The notes under the pieces were generated by a model, which was not told the origin of the DNA, did no database searches, and saw only the letters and a program-made list of their open reading frames with translations. This document shows positions 8,660-17,975 of a DNA stretch of 39,462 bases, piece by piece. How positions within the stretch are numbered: position 1 is the first letter of the stretch; every line of letters starts with the position of its first letter. The stretch is from Pseudomonadota bacterium (GTDB taxonomy: Bacteria; Pseudomonadota; Alphaproteobacteria; MPNO01; UBA2964): NCBI GenBank assembly GCA_027624735.1, contig JAQBTY010000003.1, positions 1-39,462 of the forward strand, given 5' to 3'. The translations under genes were made by a program, and so were the position numbers.

Positions 8660-9718
8660 ATGAAGAATATATCGATTCGTTCCGCAACGGCCGCTGCTCT
8701 GGTCACCACCCTGATGGCCGCTGGCCCCGCCGCGCAGGCTGACGCGGTCGCGGATTACTTCGAGGGCAAGAATCTAAGAATCCTGATCGGGTTCGGCGCC
8801 GGCGGCGGCTATGACACAACGACGCGGATATTCGCGCGGCATTTTTCCAAACATATGCCGGGCCACCCGACCATCGTGCCTCAGAACATGCCGGGCGCGG
8901 GCAGCATGAAGGTTGCAAACTTCATCTATAACGCGGCCCCCAAGGATGGGCTGACCATTGGCGTGTTTGCCTCCTCAACCGCGCTGGAACCGCTATTCGG
9001 CAACAAGAAGGCAAAATTCCAAACGTCGAAGTTCAACTGGCTGGGCAGCATGCACCAGGACACGGCGAGCTGCACCGTCTGGAAAGGCGCCGGCCAGAAT
9101 ATCCGGACGCTCGATGATCTGGTGAAAGCGAAGAAACCGGTCCTGTTCGGCTCGACCTCGCCGGCCGCCATCACCAGCCAGCATGCGCTGGTCCTGAAGA
9201 ACTATCTCGGCGCGCCGGTGAAAATCATCTATGGCTATAAGGGCAGCAAGGCGGTCAGCCTGGCGGTGCAGAACGGCGAGGTCCAAGGTCTTTGCGGCAT
9301 GTTCGAGAGTTCCGCCAGAGGCGCATTCAGTCAACTCATCGCGTCCGGCGACCTGAAGGTCTTCGTTCAGTTCGGGCCGGACCGGGCGGTGCCCTTCTTC
9401 GGTGACGCGACCCGGCTTTATTCGAAACTCAAAAGCGAAGCAGACCGGCCGGTGCTTGATCTGATCTACCGCCAGACCCAGCTTGCGCGCCCCATGGCGG
9501 CGCCACCGGGCGTCCCGTCCGACCGCGTCGCCGCGCTGCGCAAGGCTTTCATGGCGACCCTGAGAGACCCCGCGCTGGTTGCCGACGCGGCAAAACGGAA
9601 GATCGAGTTCAACCCCCTGTCAGCCACCGAAGCAATGGCCCTGTTCGCCAAATTCGAAGCGACGCCGAAACCGCTCATCCGCAAAGCGGCCGCCCTGATC
9701 GGTAAAAAAGTGAAATAA
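8660..9718 (+). CDS. Bug/TctC-family substrate-binding protein
   Basis: Start trimmed from 8114 to the ATG at 8660 (AAGGGAG RBS). Signal peptide, GFGAGGGYD, QNMPGAGS, PKDGLTIG, GEVQG and APPGVP.DRV..LRKAF. Confidence 0.9.
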   Translation: MKNISIRSATAAALVTTLMAAGPAAQADAVADYFEGKNLRILIGFGAGGGYDTTTRIFARHFSKHMPGHPTIVPQNMPGAGSMKVANFIYNAAPKDGLTIGVFASSTALEPLFGNKKAKFQTSKFNWLGSMHQDTASCTVWKGAGQNIRTLDDLVKAKKPVLFGSTSPAAITSQHALVLKNYLGAPVKIIYGYKGSKAVSLAVQNGEVQGLCGMFESSARGAFSQLIASGDLKVFVQFGPDRAVPFFGDATRLYSKLKSEADRPVLDLIYRQTQLARPMAAPPGVPSDRVAALRKAFMATLRDPALVADAAKRKIEFNPLSATEAMALFAKFEATPKPLIRKAAALIGKKVK

Positions 9719-9740
9719 TACCCCGGGGAAAGAGCAATCC

Positions 9741-10835
9741 ATGACCATCGAAAGACCGAACCGCAACGCCATCCTTTTTCTTGGACCCGACGAAATCAAG
9801 GGCTTGATCTCCATGGAAGAGGCGGTCGCGGCCATCGAACAGGGCTATCGCGAGGCTGACGAGTTTCCCATCGGCAATGCGCCGCGCCGTCGGGTCCATT
9901 CACCGGAAGGCGTCAGGGTATCAAACTTCCCGGGCGGCATTCCGGGGCTTGGCGTCATCGGATCGCTGACCCGGGCCGAAATGGTCAGCCACGAAGGAGA
10001 AAACCAGTCCTACCCCTATCGCGAGCACCCCGTGTATTTGCTGTGGAATTCAGCGACAGCCAAACTCGACGGCATGATGATGGGGGAGATTTTCGACGAC
10101 CGAACCGGCTTTACCAGCATCATGGCGTTTCGCACCGGCGCCACCACCGGGGTTGGGGTCAAGGCGCTGTCACGCGAAGATTCCCATGTCTTCGGGCTGT
10201 TCGGATCGGGCGGCCAGGCGGTCAACAAGATCCTCGCCATCAACGCCGTGCGTGATATCCACAAGGTCAAGGTTTACAGCCGAAATCCGGCAAACCGCCT
10301 TGCCTTCTGCGAAAAAATGGCCTTGATGATCGGCAAGGAAATCGTGCCGGTCGAGACCCCGGAAGAGGTCATCAAGGGCTCCGATGTGGTGATTTCCGCC
10401 ACCGATTCAAACGTACCGGTATTCGACGGCTCGCTGATTGAACCGGGCCAGCATGTGGTCACCGTTGTCGGATCCAACTCCGCCCTTGTCGAAGGCGGCT
10501 GGCTGAAAAGCGGCAGACGCGAAAACGACGATGAGTTGGTCCGCCGCGCCGATGTGATCGTGGTCAATCATGTGGAATCGGTCACCATGGAAAAACAGGC
10601 CGGTCTTTATGACCCCATGCAGCAGGGCATTATTACCGAGGACGACATTCACTCATTGGGGTCCGTGCTGGCCGGAACCCATCCGGGGCGCACCAGCGAC
10701 GAACAGATCACCTATCATTTCAACAATAACGGTACCGCGGCGGCCGATATGGCGCTGGCCAAGATCGTGTTCGAGCGCGCCAAACTAGACGGCCGCGGAA
10801 CTGAGCTCGATATTCCGGTTCCGGGCATGCAATAA
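9741..10835 (+). CDS. Ornithine cyclodeaminase / mu-crystallin family NAD(P)-dependent protein (imine reductase or deaminase)
   Basis: APRRRV, AFRTGATTG, Rossmann GLFGSGGQA, SATDS..PV and GRTSDEQIT. Confidence 0.85.
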   Translation: MTIERPNRNAILFLGPDEIKGLISMEEAVAAIEQGYREADEFPIGNAPRRRVHSPEGVRVSNFPGGIPGLGVIGSLTRAEMVSHEGENQSYPYREHPVYLLWNSATAKLDGMMMGEIFDDRTGFTSIMAFRTGATTGVGVKALSREDSHVFGLFGSGGQAVNKILAINAVRDIHKVKVYSRNPANRLAFCEKMALMIGKEIVPVETPEEVIKGSDVVISATDSNVPVFDGSLIEPGQHVVTVVGSNSALVEGGWLKSGRRENDDELVRRADVIVVNHVESVTMEKQAGLYDPMQQGIITEDDIHSLGSVLAGTHPGRTSDEQITYHFNNNGTAAADMALAKIVFERAKLDGRGTELDIPVPGMQ

Positions 10836-10874
10836 TTTGAGGCCGTTGGCACCATTCCACAGTAGTGACGACCC

Positions 10875-11345
10875 ATGACATACGCTTCTTCCCTCGCGCC
10901 AACAGAACAAGAACATATGGCCGACGATCTTCTGTCGGACGTCCACGTCCTGGCCAATCTGATCGGCCGGGCGTTCTCGGGTCAACTCGACGGCACGTTC
11001 GGCATGTCGGTGCCGGAATGGCGGGTGCTGCTGACGCTGGCGCGTCATCCGGGCCTTACAGCGGCGGAAATCACCAATCGCTGGGCAATGGACAAAATGG
11101 CGATCAGCCGGGCCATCCAGCGGCTGGAAAGTGACGGCCATATAAGCCGCGACCGCAACCCCAGCGACCGGCGCAGCTACAAGTTGGGGCTTACCGCCTC
11201 GGGCCACGCCCTGCATCAGAAAATTCTGCCCGCCGCCAATAAGCGGGATCGGGAATTCGTCTCCTGCCTCACACGTGAGGAGCTGGCCGGTCTGCGCGGC
11301 TCGCTCGAGAAGCTGATCGCCCACGCCGGGGACTTGCGCGGCTGA
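10875..11345 (+). CDS. MarR-family transcriptional regulator
   Basis: GMSVPEWRVL, MDKMAISRAIQRLE and DRRS..L.LT.SG winged-helix motifs. Confidence 0.9.
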   Translation: MTYASSLAPTEQEHMADDLLSDVHVLANLIGRAFSGQLDGTFGMSVPEWRVLLTLARHPGLTAAEITNRWAMDKMAISRAIQRLESDGHISRDRNPSDRRSYKLGLTASGHALHQKILPAANKRDREFVSCLTREELAGLRGSLEKLIAHAGDLRG

Positions 11346-11452
11346 AGACGGGGATCACGCTTACCAGCAACGTACCTGATTTACGGGTTGGAAAGGACGC
11401 TTGGCTACTCTTGGCGGGATTCTTGCAATCTCAGCCCCAAGGGTAGGCCCCT

Positions 11453-13210
11453 GTGACACCGCATATTGGTACAATCCAACCACACCAGGCTGTAACACGG
11501 GGCTTCGATACCAGAGCGTGGGCCGCCCTCGCGTTCACCGTGACGAGTACATTCCTGATTCTGCTGTATTTTCACGACCGATTTTGGTTCTCGCGAGATG
11601 ATGGGTATTACGCCGAGATCGCGGCGCGCATCATCGCCGGCGATGTGATCCATCGCGACGTACAGGCGCTCCATACCGGGCTGATCTATTTTACCAACGC
11701 ACTGGCTCTTAAACTGTTTGGCGGAGATTTCATCAGCCTGCGTTATCCGCTGATCGCGGCTGGCGTCGTACAGGCGATATTGGCCTACCTGATCCTCGTC
11801 CCGCGCGGGATCGTGCCAGCCATGGTTGCCGGATTTGCCGGGGCGTCCCTGTCCGTTGTCCAGTTCTATAACCCCACCGCGCACTGGTACTGCGTACCGA
11901 TTTTCTTCGCCATCGTGATGGCTGTGGGTCCCACGGGTAGGGCGTGGCGCTGGCGGCTGGAGATCATCGGGGCGCTGCTGGCGACCTTGTTCCTTTACCG
12001 CCAGCTTACCGGCGTGTTCGTCGCCATCGGCGTGCTGACCTATCTGTTTCTCGACACGACGGAGGCGGAGCGGCGCGACCGACAGACTTGCTGGCTTGCG
12101 CGCACGATGATCGTCGTCATGGCGGCTGGCGTCTTTGCGTATCTCAGCGGCAAGGCGGATCCGGTAGCCTGGCTCGCCTTTGGCATCTGGCCTCTCCTTG
12201 TATTGCTGCGCGCCTGTTTCACGGTGACCATGGATAACCGCCATGGCGCCACCCTGTTGGGACGGCTTGCCGTGGGTGGCGCTGCCGCATTCATGCCACT
12301 GCTGGTCTACCATCTTGCGACCGGCTCGTTCGGTGCCTGGATGACCGATTCCTTCTTCGATGCCATTGCTCTGGGTGAGTTCTCTTATCAGAAGACAGCG
12401 CGATATGGCCTCTTCGCGCTTGTCGCGCTCAAGCAACTCGGCGATCCCAGCCGCTTGGGTGCGTTTCTAAACGGGCTCTATTGGCCAGTGCTAATTTTCG
12501 CCACCATGGCGCTGGGCATCGCCACTATAATCCGGCTTTACCGCCAGCCATTGGCCAGCGCGCCCAGTTTCGGCGAAACCGGCATGGCGCTGCCGTTCCT
12601 CGGCGTCTTTTATGGCCTCGTCGCGGTGCACTACCAGGACCCAGCCTATCTCTATTTTATCGCTGGCGTGACTGCCGCCGCGCTGCTCTGGTATGGCGCG
12701 GGATTGAGGCCCCCCTATCGCGCAGCCTTAATCGCCGCTGTTGCTTTACAGGCGGCAACAGGGCTGGCTTTTCACGCCGCCCAGCCGATCTCGCGCAGTT
12801 ACGCAAGCATGCTGGCCGGTGAGCGTGTGCCGGTGGTGAAGAGCAACCATGCGGCCCTGGCCGGCCTGTCCATGACTGCGAGCGATAAGGAGGCCCTGCT
12901 CGCTCTCATCGACCGGTACACCAAGCCGGATGACGCGATTCTCGCCATCCCGTCCAATGCCGATCTTTATTTTCTCTCGGGGCGGCGGAATCCGCTGCCC
13001 TATATGTTTGTGCCGTTTGGCGTCCGCGACGACGCGACAACAACTCAGGCGCTCAAGACCCTCGACGCCGATCCGCCGCGGCTGGTATTCCACGTGCCCG
13101 CGTTGCCCTACAATACCGCCCATACCAACCGGATCATGGATTTCGTGCGTACCGGCTACAACCATATCGCCACGTTGCGCGAGTTCGTCATCTATCTCCG
13201 GCGCGACTGA
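11453..13210 (+). CDS. Polytopic membrane protein, probable GT-C fold glycosyltransferase (ArnT/PMT-like)
   Basis: First TM followed by SRDDGYY and G...HRD, many hydrophobic segments, and a C-terminal soluble domain with LYFLSGRRNP typical of GT-C proteins. Confidence 0.6.
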   Translation: MTPHIGTIQPHQAVTRGFDTRAWAALAFTVTSTFLILLYFHDRFWFSRDDGYYAEIAARIIAGDVIHRDVQALHTGLIYFTNALALKLFGGDFISLRYPLIAAGVVQAILAYLILVPRGIVPAMVAGFAGASLSVVQFYNPTAHWYCVPIFFAIVMAVGPTGRAWRWRLEIIGALLATLFLYRQLTGVFVAIGVLTYLFLDTTEAERRDRQTCWLARTMIVVMAAGVFAYLSGKADPVAWLAFGIWPLLVLLRACFTVTMDNRHGATLLGRLAVGGAAAFMPLLVYHLATGSFGAWMTDSFFDAIALGEFSYQKTARYGLFALVALKQLGDPSRLGAFLNGLYWPVLIFATMALGIATIIRLYRQPLASAPSFGETGMALPFLGVFYGLVAVHYQDPAYLYFIAGVTAAALLWYGAGLRPPYRAALIAAVALQAATGLAFHAAQPISRSYASMLAGERVPVVKSNHAALAGLSMTASDKEALLALIDRYTKPDDAILAIPSNADLYFLSGRRNPLPYMFVPFGVRDDATTTQALKTLDADPPRLVFHVPALPYNTAHTNRIMDFVRTGYNHIATLREFVIYLRRD

Positions 13211-13354
13211 CAACTGGCCGGTTCCGCCTCAACACGCGTCGAACAGGCACCATGAAAATTTGTTAGACCGACCCCACAGACCTCGCCGCGATGATCGCGT
13301 CGTGGTATAGTTTTTTTTCTGACGGACCCAACAACACCCCAAGCGATTTTTCAT

Positions 13355-14638
13355 ATGGCGGATACAGTCCAGCCCGACGGCATGGCCGATGACAGGCCCC
13401 AATCCTTCGCAGCCATGCGCCATCCCGGCGCGCGCGCCTATCTGATCGGCGGCGCGCTGGCGATGATGGCCGACAGCATAGAACACGTGATCAGCTACTG
13501 GATGATCTATGAAAAGTTTCATTCCCCCATGCTGGGCGGGTTCGCCATCCTGTCGCACTGGCTGCCGTTCCTGCTGTTTTCAGTCTGGGCCGGCGGATTG
13601 GCGGACCGGTTCGACCCGCGCCGCATCATCCAGTGGGGCATGGTGCTGTTCATGCTGGTGTCGTTCGGCTGGGGCGTTCTGTTCCTGACCGATACGCTGG
13701 AGATGTGGCACGCCGCGGTGCTGCTGGTCATTCACGGCATCGCAGGGGTTTTGTGGGCGCCGGCGGGTCAGCTTCTGGTCCATGACATCGTCGGCGGCAA
13801 ACAGCTGCAAAGCGCCATTCGCACCATGGCGACGACCCGCACGCTGGGCCTGCTGCTGGGACCGGCGATCGGCGGCGGGCTGATGATCTGGCTCGGGCCG
13901 ACGTACGGCATTTTCGTCAACATCCTGATCTATCTGCCGCTGACCCTCTGGCTGTGGAAAGCGCCCTACGGCCCCGCCTTTCGCAAGGAAGAACGACCGG
14001 CGGCCAGCAAGCTAGGCGGGTTTGCCGACATCGTGGCGACGCTCGCGGCCATAAAGGACACCCCCGTCATCATCACCATGATCGCCGTCGCCGGCGTATC
14101 GTCTTTCATCGTCGGCAATGCCTATCAGGGGCAGATGCCGGCCTTCGCCGAAGCGCTCGGCTATGGCGGCGCGGGTATGTTCTACAGCCTGCTGTTCACC
14201 GCCAACGCCATCGGCGCGCTGACCGCGGGCGTGGTGCTGGAAACCGGCGGATTTCTATCGGCCCGTCCGCGACCGGTCTTTATCATGGTCATCCTGTGGT
14301 GCGGCGCCATGATCGGGTTCGCCGCGACCAAGAGTTATCCAATGGCGTTTTTCCTGCTGTTCATGGCGGGCTTTCTCAATTTGTCGTTCAGCTCCATGTC
14401 GCGGGCGCTGGTTCAGCTCAACGCGCCGCCCGCCCTTCGCGGCCGGGTGATCGGGCTCTACAATATGTCGGATCTGGGGCTGCGCTCGTTCAGCGGCCTG
14501 ACGGTCGGGTTCGGCGGCAGCCTGATCGGCATCCACTGGTCGCTGGGCCTCAGCGCGGCGCTGCTGGGCGTGGTCGTCATGGCGATGATGCTGGTCATGC
14601 TGCGCAAAATGCCGGACGGAAGCACGGCCGGCGGCTGA
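13355..14638 (+). CDS. Major facilitator superfamily transporter
   Basis: About 12 TM segments, motif A GGLADRFDPRR and a second-half P.ALRGRV motif. Confidence 0.9.
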   Translation: MADTVQPDGMADDRPQSFAAMRHPGARAYLIGGALAMMADSIEHVISYWMIYEKFHSPMLGGFAILSHWLPFLLFSVWAGGLADRFDPRRIIQWGMVLFMLVSFGWGVLFLTDTLEMWHAAVLLVIHGIAGVLWAPAGQLLVHDIVGGKQLQSAIRTMATTRTLGLLLGPAIGGGLMIWLGPTYGIFVNILIYLPLTLWLWKAPYGPAFRKEERPAASKLGGFADIVATLAAIKDTPVIITMIAVAGVSSFIVGNAYQGQMPAFAEALGYGGAGMFYSLLFTANAIGALTAGVVLETGGFLSARPRPVFIMVILWCGAMIGFAATKSYPMAFFLLFMAGFLNLSFSSMSRALVQLNAPPALRGRVIGLYNMSDLGLRSFSGLTVGFGGSLIGIHWSLGLSAALLGVVVMAMMLVMLRKMPDGSTAGG

Positions 14639-14693
14639 ACGGAGGCCGGCGTGCCAGACGGATTGCCATTGTACAGGCGATGGTATCGCCCTC

Positions 14694-15677
14694 CTACCCG
14701 CCGGTGAATTGTCGGATTACCCGTAACGCGAGGGACTTTTCTTCCTCGCTGCCGCTGACCTGGATCACCGGTTCCTGCAGGCCGGCTTCGAGATAGGCTT
14801 CGAGGCATTTGGCGCACTCGGCGGGCGTGCCGGCGACACCGAACGCCTCGACGGCGTCGTCGGGCACCAGGCTCGCGGCCTTATCGAGATCGCGGTCCGC
14901 CACGGCGTCGATGATGGCATCCTGGTCGATGGGAATACCCGCGGCCTTGATGTTTTCCGCCATCAGCCGGTTACGGAACAGGAAGCCGAGCTTGCGGCGC
15001 ACATTTTCCCGCGCCGACTTTCCGTCACCCGACACGGCGAAATGGATGTTCCCGGCGTTGCGCAGTTTGGCGGGATCGCGGCCCGATTCCCTGGCGCCTT
15101 GTTCGAACAGGGCGAGACAATGGGACACGAACGCCACCGAGAAGCCGGCGGACAGCAATATCCCGTCGGCGGTGTTGCCCGCCGCCTTCGCCACATCGCT
15201 GCCAAGTGCTGTGACAAAGATGGGGATTTCAGGCGGTCGAAAAGACATCCGCGCGCCGCTCAGCAGATAGGATTCTGTATAGCTTTCGGTGGGTTCGGTG
15301 GTCCACAGGGAGCGCAAATCCGCAATGTAATCTTCCACCGCCCTCACCCCGTCCTGCGGGTCCTTGCCAGATTCTTTCAGATCCAGCGTGTTGCCGACGG
15401 CGACGGACACCGCCACCCGCCCGGGATAGGCTTCGGCCATGGTGGCCAGCGACATGGCGGTGGGTGTGGGGTGAAACAGATAGGGCGTCACCGCGGCGGG
15501 AATAACGGTCGCACGTTCGGTCGCCCCGGCAAACGCCATGCAGGACACCAGCGCCTCGCGATAGCCGATATGTTCGGTCATCCACAGCCCGGTCACGCCT
15601 GCCTGCTCCGCCTGCCGGCAGATCTCGATGGTTTCGTTGATGGTGTCGAACCCATCGAACCGGATGCCGATGCCCAT
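14694..15677 (-). CDS. Luciferase-like (LLM) oxidoreductase, Mer-like, probably F420-dependent
   Basis: WMTEH, TPYLFHP, ATMAE..PGR, ADGILL and VAGTP.EC. Start trimmed to the ATG at 15677 (GGGAG RBS). Confidence 0.85.
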   Translation of the reverse strand: MGIGIRFDGFDTINETIEICRQAEQAGVTGLWMTEHIGYREALVSCMAFAGATERATVIPAAVTPYLFHPTPTAMSLATMAEAYPGRVAVSVAVGNTLDLKESGKDPQDGVRAVEDYIADLRSLWTTEPTESYTESYLLSGARMSFRPPEIPIFVTALGSDVAKAAGNTADGILLSAGFSVAFVSHCLALFEQGARESGRDPAKLRNAGNIHFAVSGDGKSARENVRRKLGFLFRNRLMAENIKAAGIPIDQDAIIDAVADRDLDKAASLVPDDAVEAFGVAGTPAECAKCLEAYLEAGLQEPVIQVSGSEEEKSLALRVIRQFTGG

Positions 15678-15698
15678 GGTTATTGTCTCCCTGTAAGG

Positions 15699-15817
15699 CC
15701 CCTCACCCTTCCCACGACACAAGCGTGTCGCGGGTCCCTCCCCTCTCCCGCGAGCGGGAGAGGGTTACTAAGCCTTAGCGAGCCAACGGGCGAGCCTAGG
15801 CGCAGTTGGGTGAGGGG
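15699..15817. repeat. Alphaproteobacterial intergenic palindromic repeat (CIR/RIME/REP-like element)
   Basis: Terminal inverted repeats CCCCTCACCC (15699-15708) / GGGTGAGGGG (15808-15817) enclose two hairpins: CCCACGACAC/GTGTCGCGGG (15711-15734) and CCCTCTCCCG/CGGGAGAGGG (15741-15764). Confidence 0.75.
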
Positions 15818-15841
15818 AAATTTCATGTCCTAAATCTAACG

Positions 15842-16837
15842 TCACCCGCCGGTGAATTCGCGGATCACGTCGAGCGCGAAGCGCCTTTCCTCGGCGCTGC
15901 CGCTGACCTCGATCACCGGCTCGTCGACGCCGGCATCGATATAGGCCTGGAGCTGGTCGCGGCATTGTTTCGGCGTGCCGGCGACGGTGAATTGCGGCAC
16001 CGCGTCGGGCGGGATCAGCTGGGCAGCCTCTTCCAGTTTGCGCTGTTTCACCAGATCGATAATCGCCTCGTGATCGATCTGAACATCCACCGAGGCGATA
16101 TTTTCGGCCTGCGCGGAATTGCGGAACAGGAAGGCGATTTTGCGCCGGTTGGATTCGATGGCCGTTTTACCGTCTTCGGAACAGGCAAAATAAACAAAAC
16201 CGGCCTTGCGGAATGTCGAGGGGTCGCGGCCGGCCTTGGCGAGGCCCGCTTCCGCGAAAGCCGCACCTTTCTTGATGGAGGCCAGCGACAGCCCGCCGGA
16301 ATAGAGCACCCCATCGGCGATCCGGCCGGCCAGCCCCAGCACCTGCGGGCCGGTCGAGGCGATAAAGATCGGAATTTCCTCAGGCGGCGTGAAGGCGAGC
16401 CGCGCGCCGCGCAACTGCCAGACCAGCCCTTCCTGATCGACGGTCTCTCCCGCCCATAGCGCGCGCAGGGCTTCGACATATTCGCGGATCACCCGCACCG
16501 GTTTTTCCGGCTTTTCGATGCCGGATTCGCGCAAGTTCAGAAGATTGCCCACCGAGACACAGATCCCGACCCGCCCCGGCGCCAGTTCGGCCATGGTGGC
16601 GAACTGCATGGCGGTCGGCATGGGATGCCACAGATAAGGCATCACCGCCGTCGGGCAGACCATGGCGCGGCTGGTCTTTTGCAGAAAGGCCGTGCATGAC
16701 ACCGCCGCCTCGCGATAGCCGAGATGTTCCGCCATCCAGATAGTGCTGGCGCCGGCCGCTTCGGCTTGCGCCGCGACCTCGATGGTCTCGCCGACGGGGT
16801 CGAACCCGTCAAACCGCATGCCCAGTCTTACAGCCAT
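15842..16837 (-). CDS. Luciferase-like (LLM) oxidoreductase, Mer-like, probably F420-dependent; paralogue of 14694..15677
   Basis: WMAEHLGYRE, MPYLWHP, IFIASTGPQ (compare Mer GAQGP) and AGRIADGV. Both paralogues end in [EQ]FTGG. Confidence 0.85.
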   Translation of the reverse strand: MAVRLGMRFDGFDPVGETIEVAAQAEAAGASTIWMAEHLGYREAAVSCTAFLQKTSRAMVCPTAVMPYLWHPMPTAMQFATMAELAPGRVGICVSVGNLLNLRESGIEKPEKPVRVIREYVEALRALWAGETVDQEGLVWQLRGARLAFTPPEEIPIFIASTGPQVLGLAGRIADGVLYSGGLSLASIKKGAAFAEAGLAKAGRDPSTFRKAGFVYFACSEDGKTAIESNRRKIAFLFRNSAQAENIASVDVQIDHEAIIDLVKQRKLEEAAQLIPPDAVPQFTVAGTPKQCRDQLQAYIDAGVDEPVIEVSGSAEERRFALDVIREFTGG

Positions 16838-16849
16838 CCGCCTACTCCC

Positions 16850-17974
16850 TTAATCGTCGAAACCGTTGGTGAGCAAATTCAGAAACTCGTCCCTGGTGAT
16901 ATCGCCAAAACCCATCCGGGCCAAGGTCAGTCCCTCGGCGCGAAAGTCGCGGCACATGATCACGGACGCCAGATGGATGATATGATCGATGGTCGGCGTC
17001 GGCACCCCGGCAAGGCGTCCGAGCTCCTGATAGATCAGATGGCCGTAGGGCACGTCTTCCAGCAGATAGCGGCTATCGAGGCTGGTGGGCGCCATGATCC
17101 ATTTGTCGGGCTCGCTCTGGTGAAACGCTTCGTAGGCGATGCCCGTATCGCGCGCCGCGTCGGTGGTGTAGCCCATGCGCCAGAACAGCTCGACAAACGG
17201 CATGGTTTTGGCGCCAAGCGCCTCCGCCACCGCCACCCGTTCGCGATCAACCGCATCGATCAGGCGACCGACCGACGGCGTGATGCCATCGTAATAATGC
17301 CGATAATCGCCGCCTGTCGCTTCGATACGCCCGACATTGCACAGCACCGCCGGCGGATGATGGATCGCATTGCCATAGGGGAACACGGTTTCCAGCACGT
17401 TGGAAAATTTCTGCACCGACGGGTAGACGGTCTTCACCACATCGTACATCCGTCCCGTCTCGCGGCCCGGAAACCCACCGAACACCATGAAGTCCGACAC
17501 CCGCGAGATTTTGCATTTGGTGGGCTCGATCCGGCGGCACAGATACGGCAGCGTCGCGGTTTCGCAAAAGACCGGGTTCTTGATGCCGTGCTCGCGCAGC
17601 ACATGCGGGATCATCAACAGCGTGTGACCGGGTGAGACAAACAATACCTGGTCTTCGGTCAGGTGCGGCGCCGCCGCCGACACCCATTTTTCATGCAGAT
17701 GCGCCGGGCTGACGATCATCACCAGTTCGGCGCCCGCCATGGCTGCTTCGGCATCGTCGGTAATCAGCCCGATGGGCGCAAAGCCGTCGCCAAACGGCGC
17801 CGTGTAGTTGATGCCGCCAAGTTCCTGCAGCGGCGCCAGCGCTTCCGGGTCCTGACTATAAAGCCTGATGTCAAAACCGAGCGTCCCGAGATGCGCCGCC
17901 GCCGACGTGCCGCCGCCGCCTGCGCCGAAGATGGCGATGCGCTTGACCGGTGATGTATCGGGAGAGGCAGTCAT
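16850..17974 (-). CDS. NAD/NADP-dependent octopine/nopaline (opine) dehydrogenase family protein
   Basis: GAGGGG Rossmann motif, ETATLPYLCR, NAIHHP (catalytic His), DRERVAVA and RYLLEDVPYG (catalytic Asp). Start trimmed to the ATG at 17974, 1 bp after the upstream stop. Confidence 0.88.
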   Translation of the reverse strand: MTASPDTSPVKRIAIFGAGGGGTSAAAHLGTLGFDIRLYSQDPEALAPLQELGGINYTAPFGDGFAPIGLITDDAEAAMAGAELVMIVSPAHLHEKWVSAAAPHLTEDQVLFVSPGHTLLMIPHVLREHGIKNPVFCETATLPYLCRRIEPTKCKISRVSDFMVFGGFPGRETGRMYDVVKTVYPSVQKFSNVLETVFPYGNAIHHPPAVLCNVGRIEATGGDYRHYYDGITPSVGRLIDAVDRERVAVAEALGAKTMPFVELFWRMGYTTDAARDTGIAYEAFHQSEPDKWIMAPTSLDSRYLLEDVPYGHLIYQELGRLAGVPTPTIDHIIHLASVIMCRDFRAEGLTLARMGFGDITRDEFLNLLTNGFDD

Positions 17975-17975
17975 G

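Noticed and set aside
15699-15817. CRISPR repeat, tRNA or IS end
   Set aside because: Single unit with no repeat-spacer periodicity, no tRNA consensus arms and no transposase.
14694-16837. Calling the LLMs methylene-H4MPT reductase (mer) or bacterial luciferase
   Set aside because: Only fold-level resemblance; no methanopterin or lux genes are in the window.
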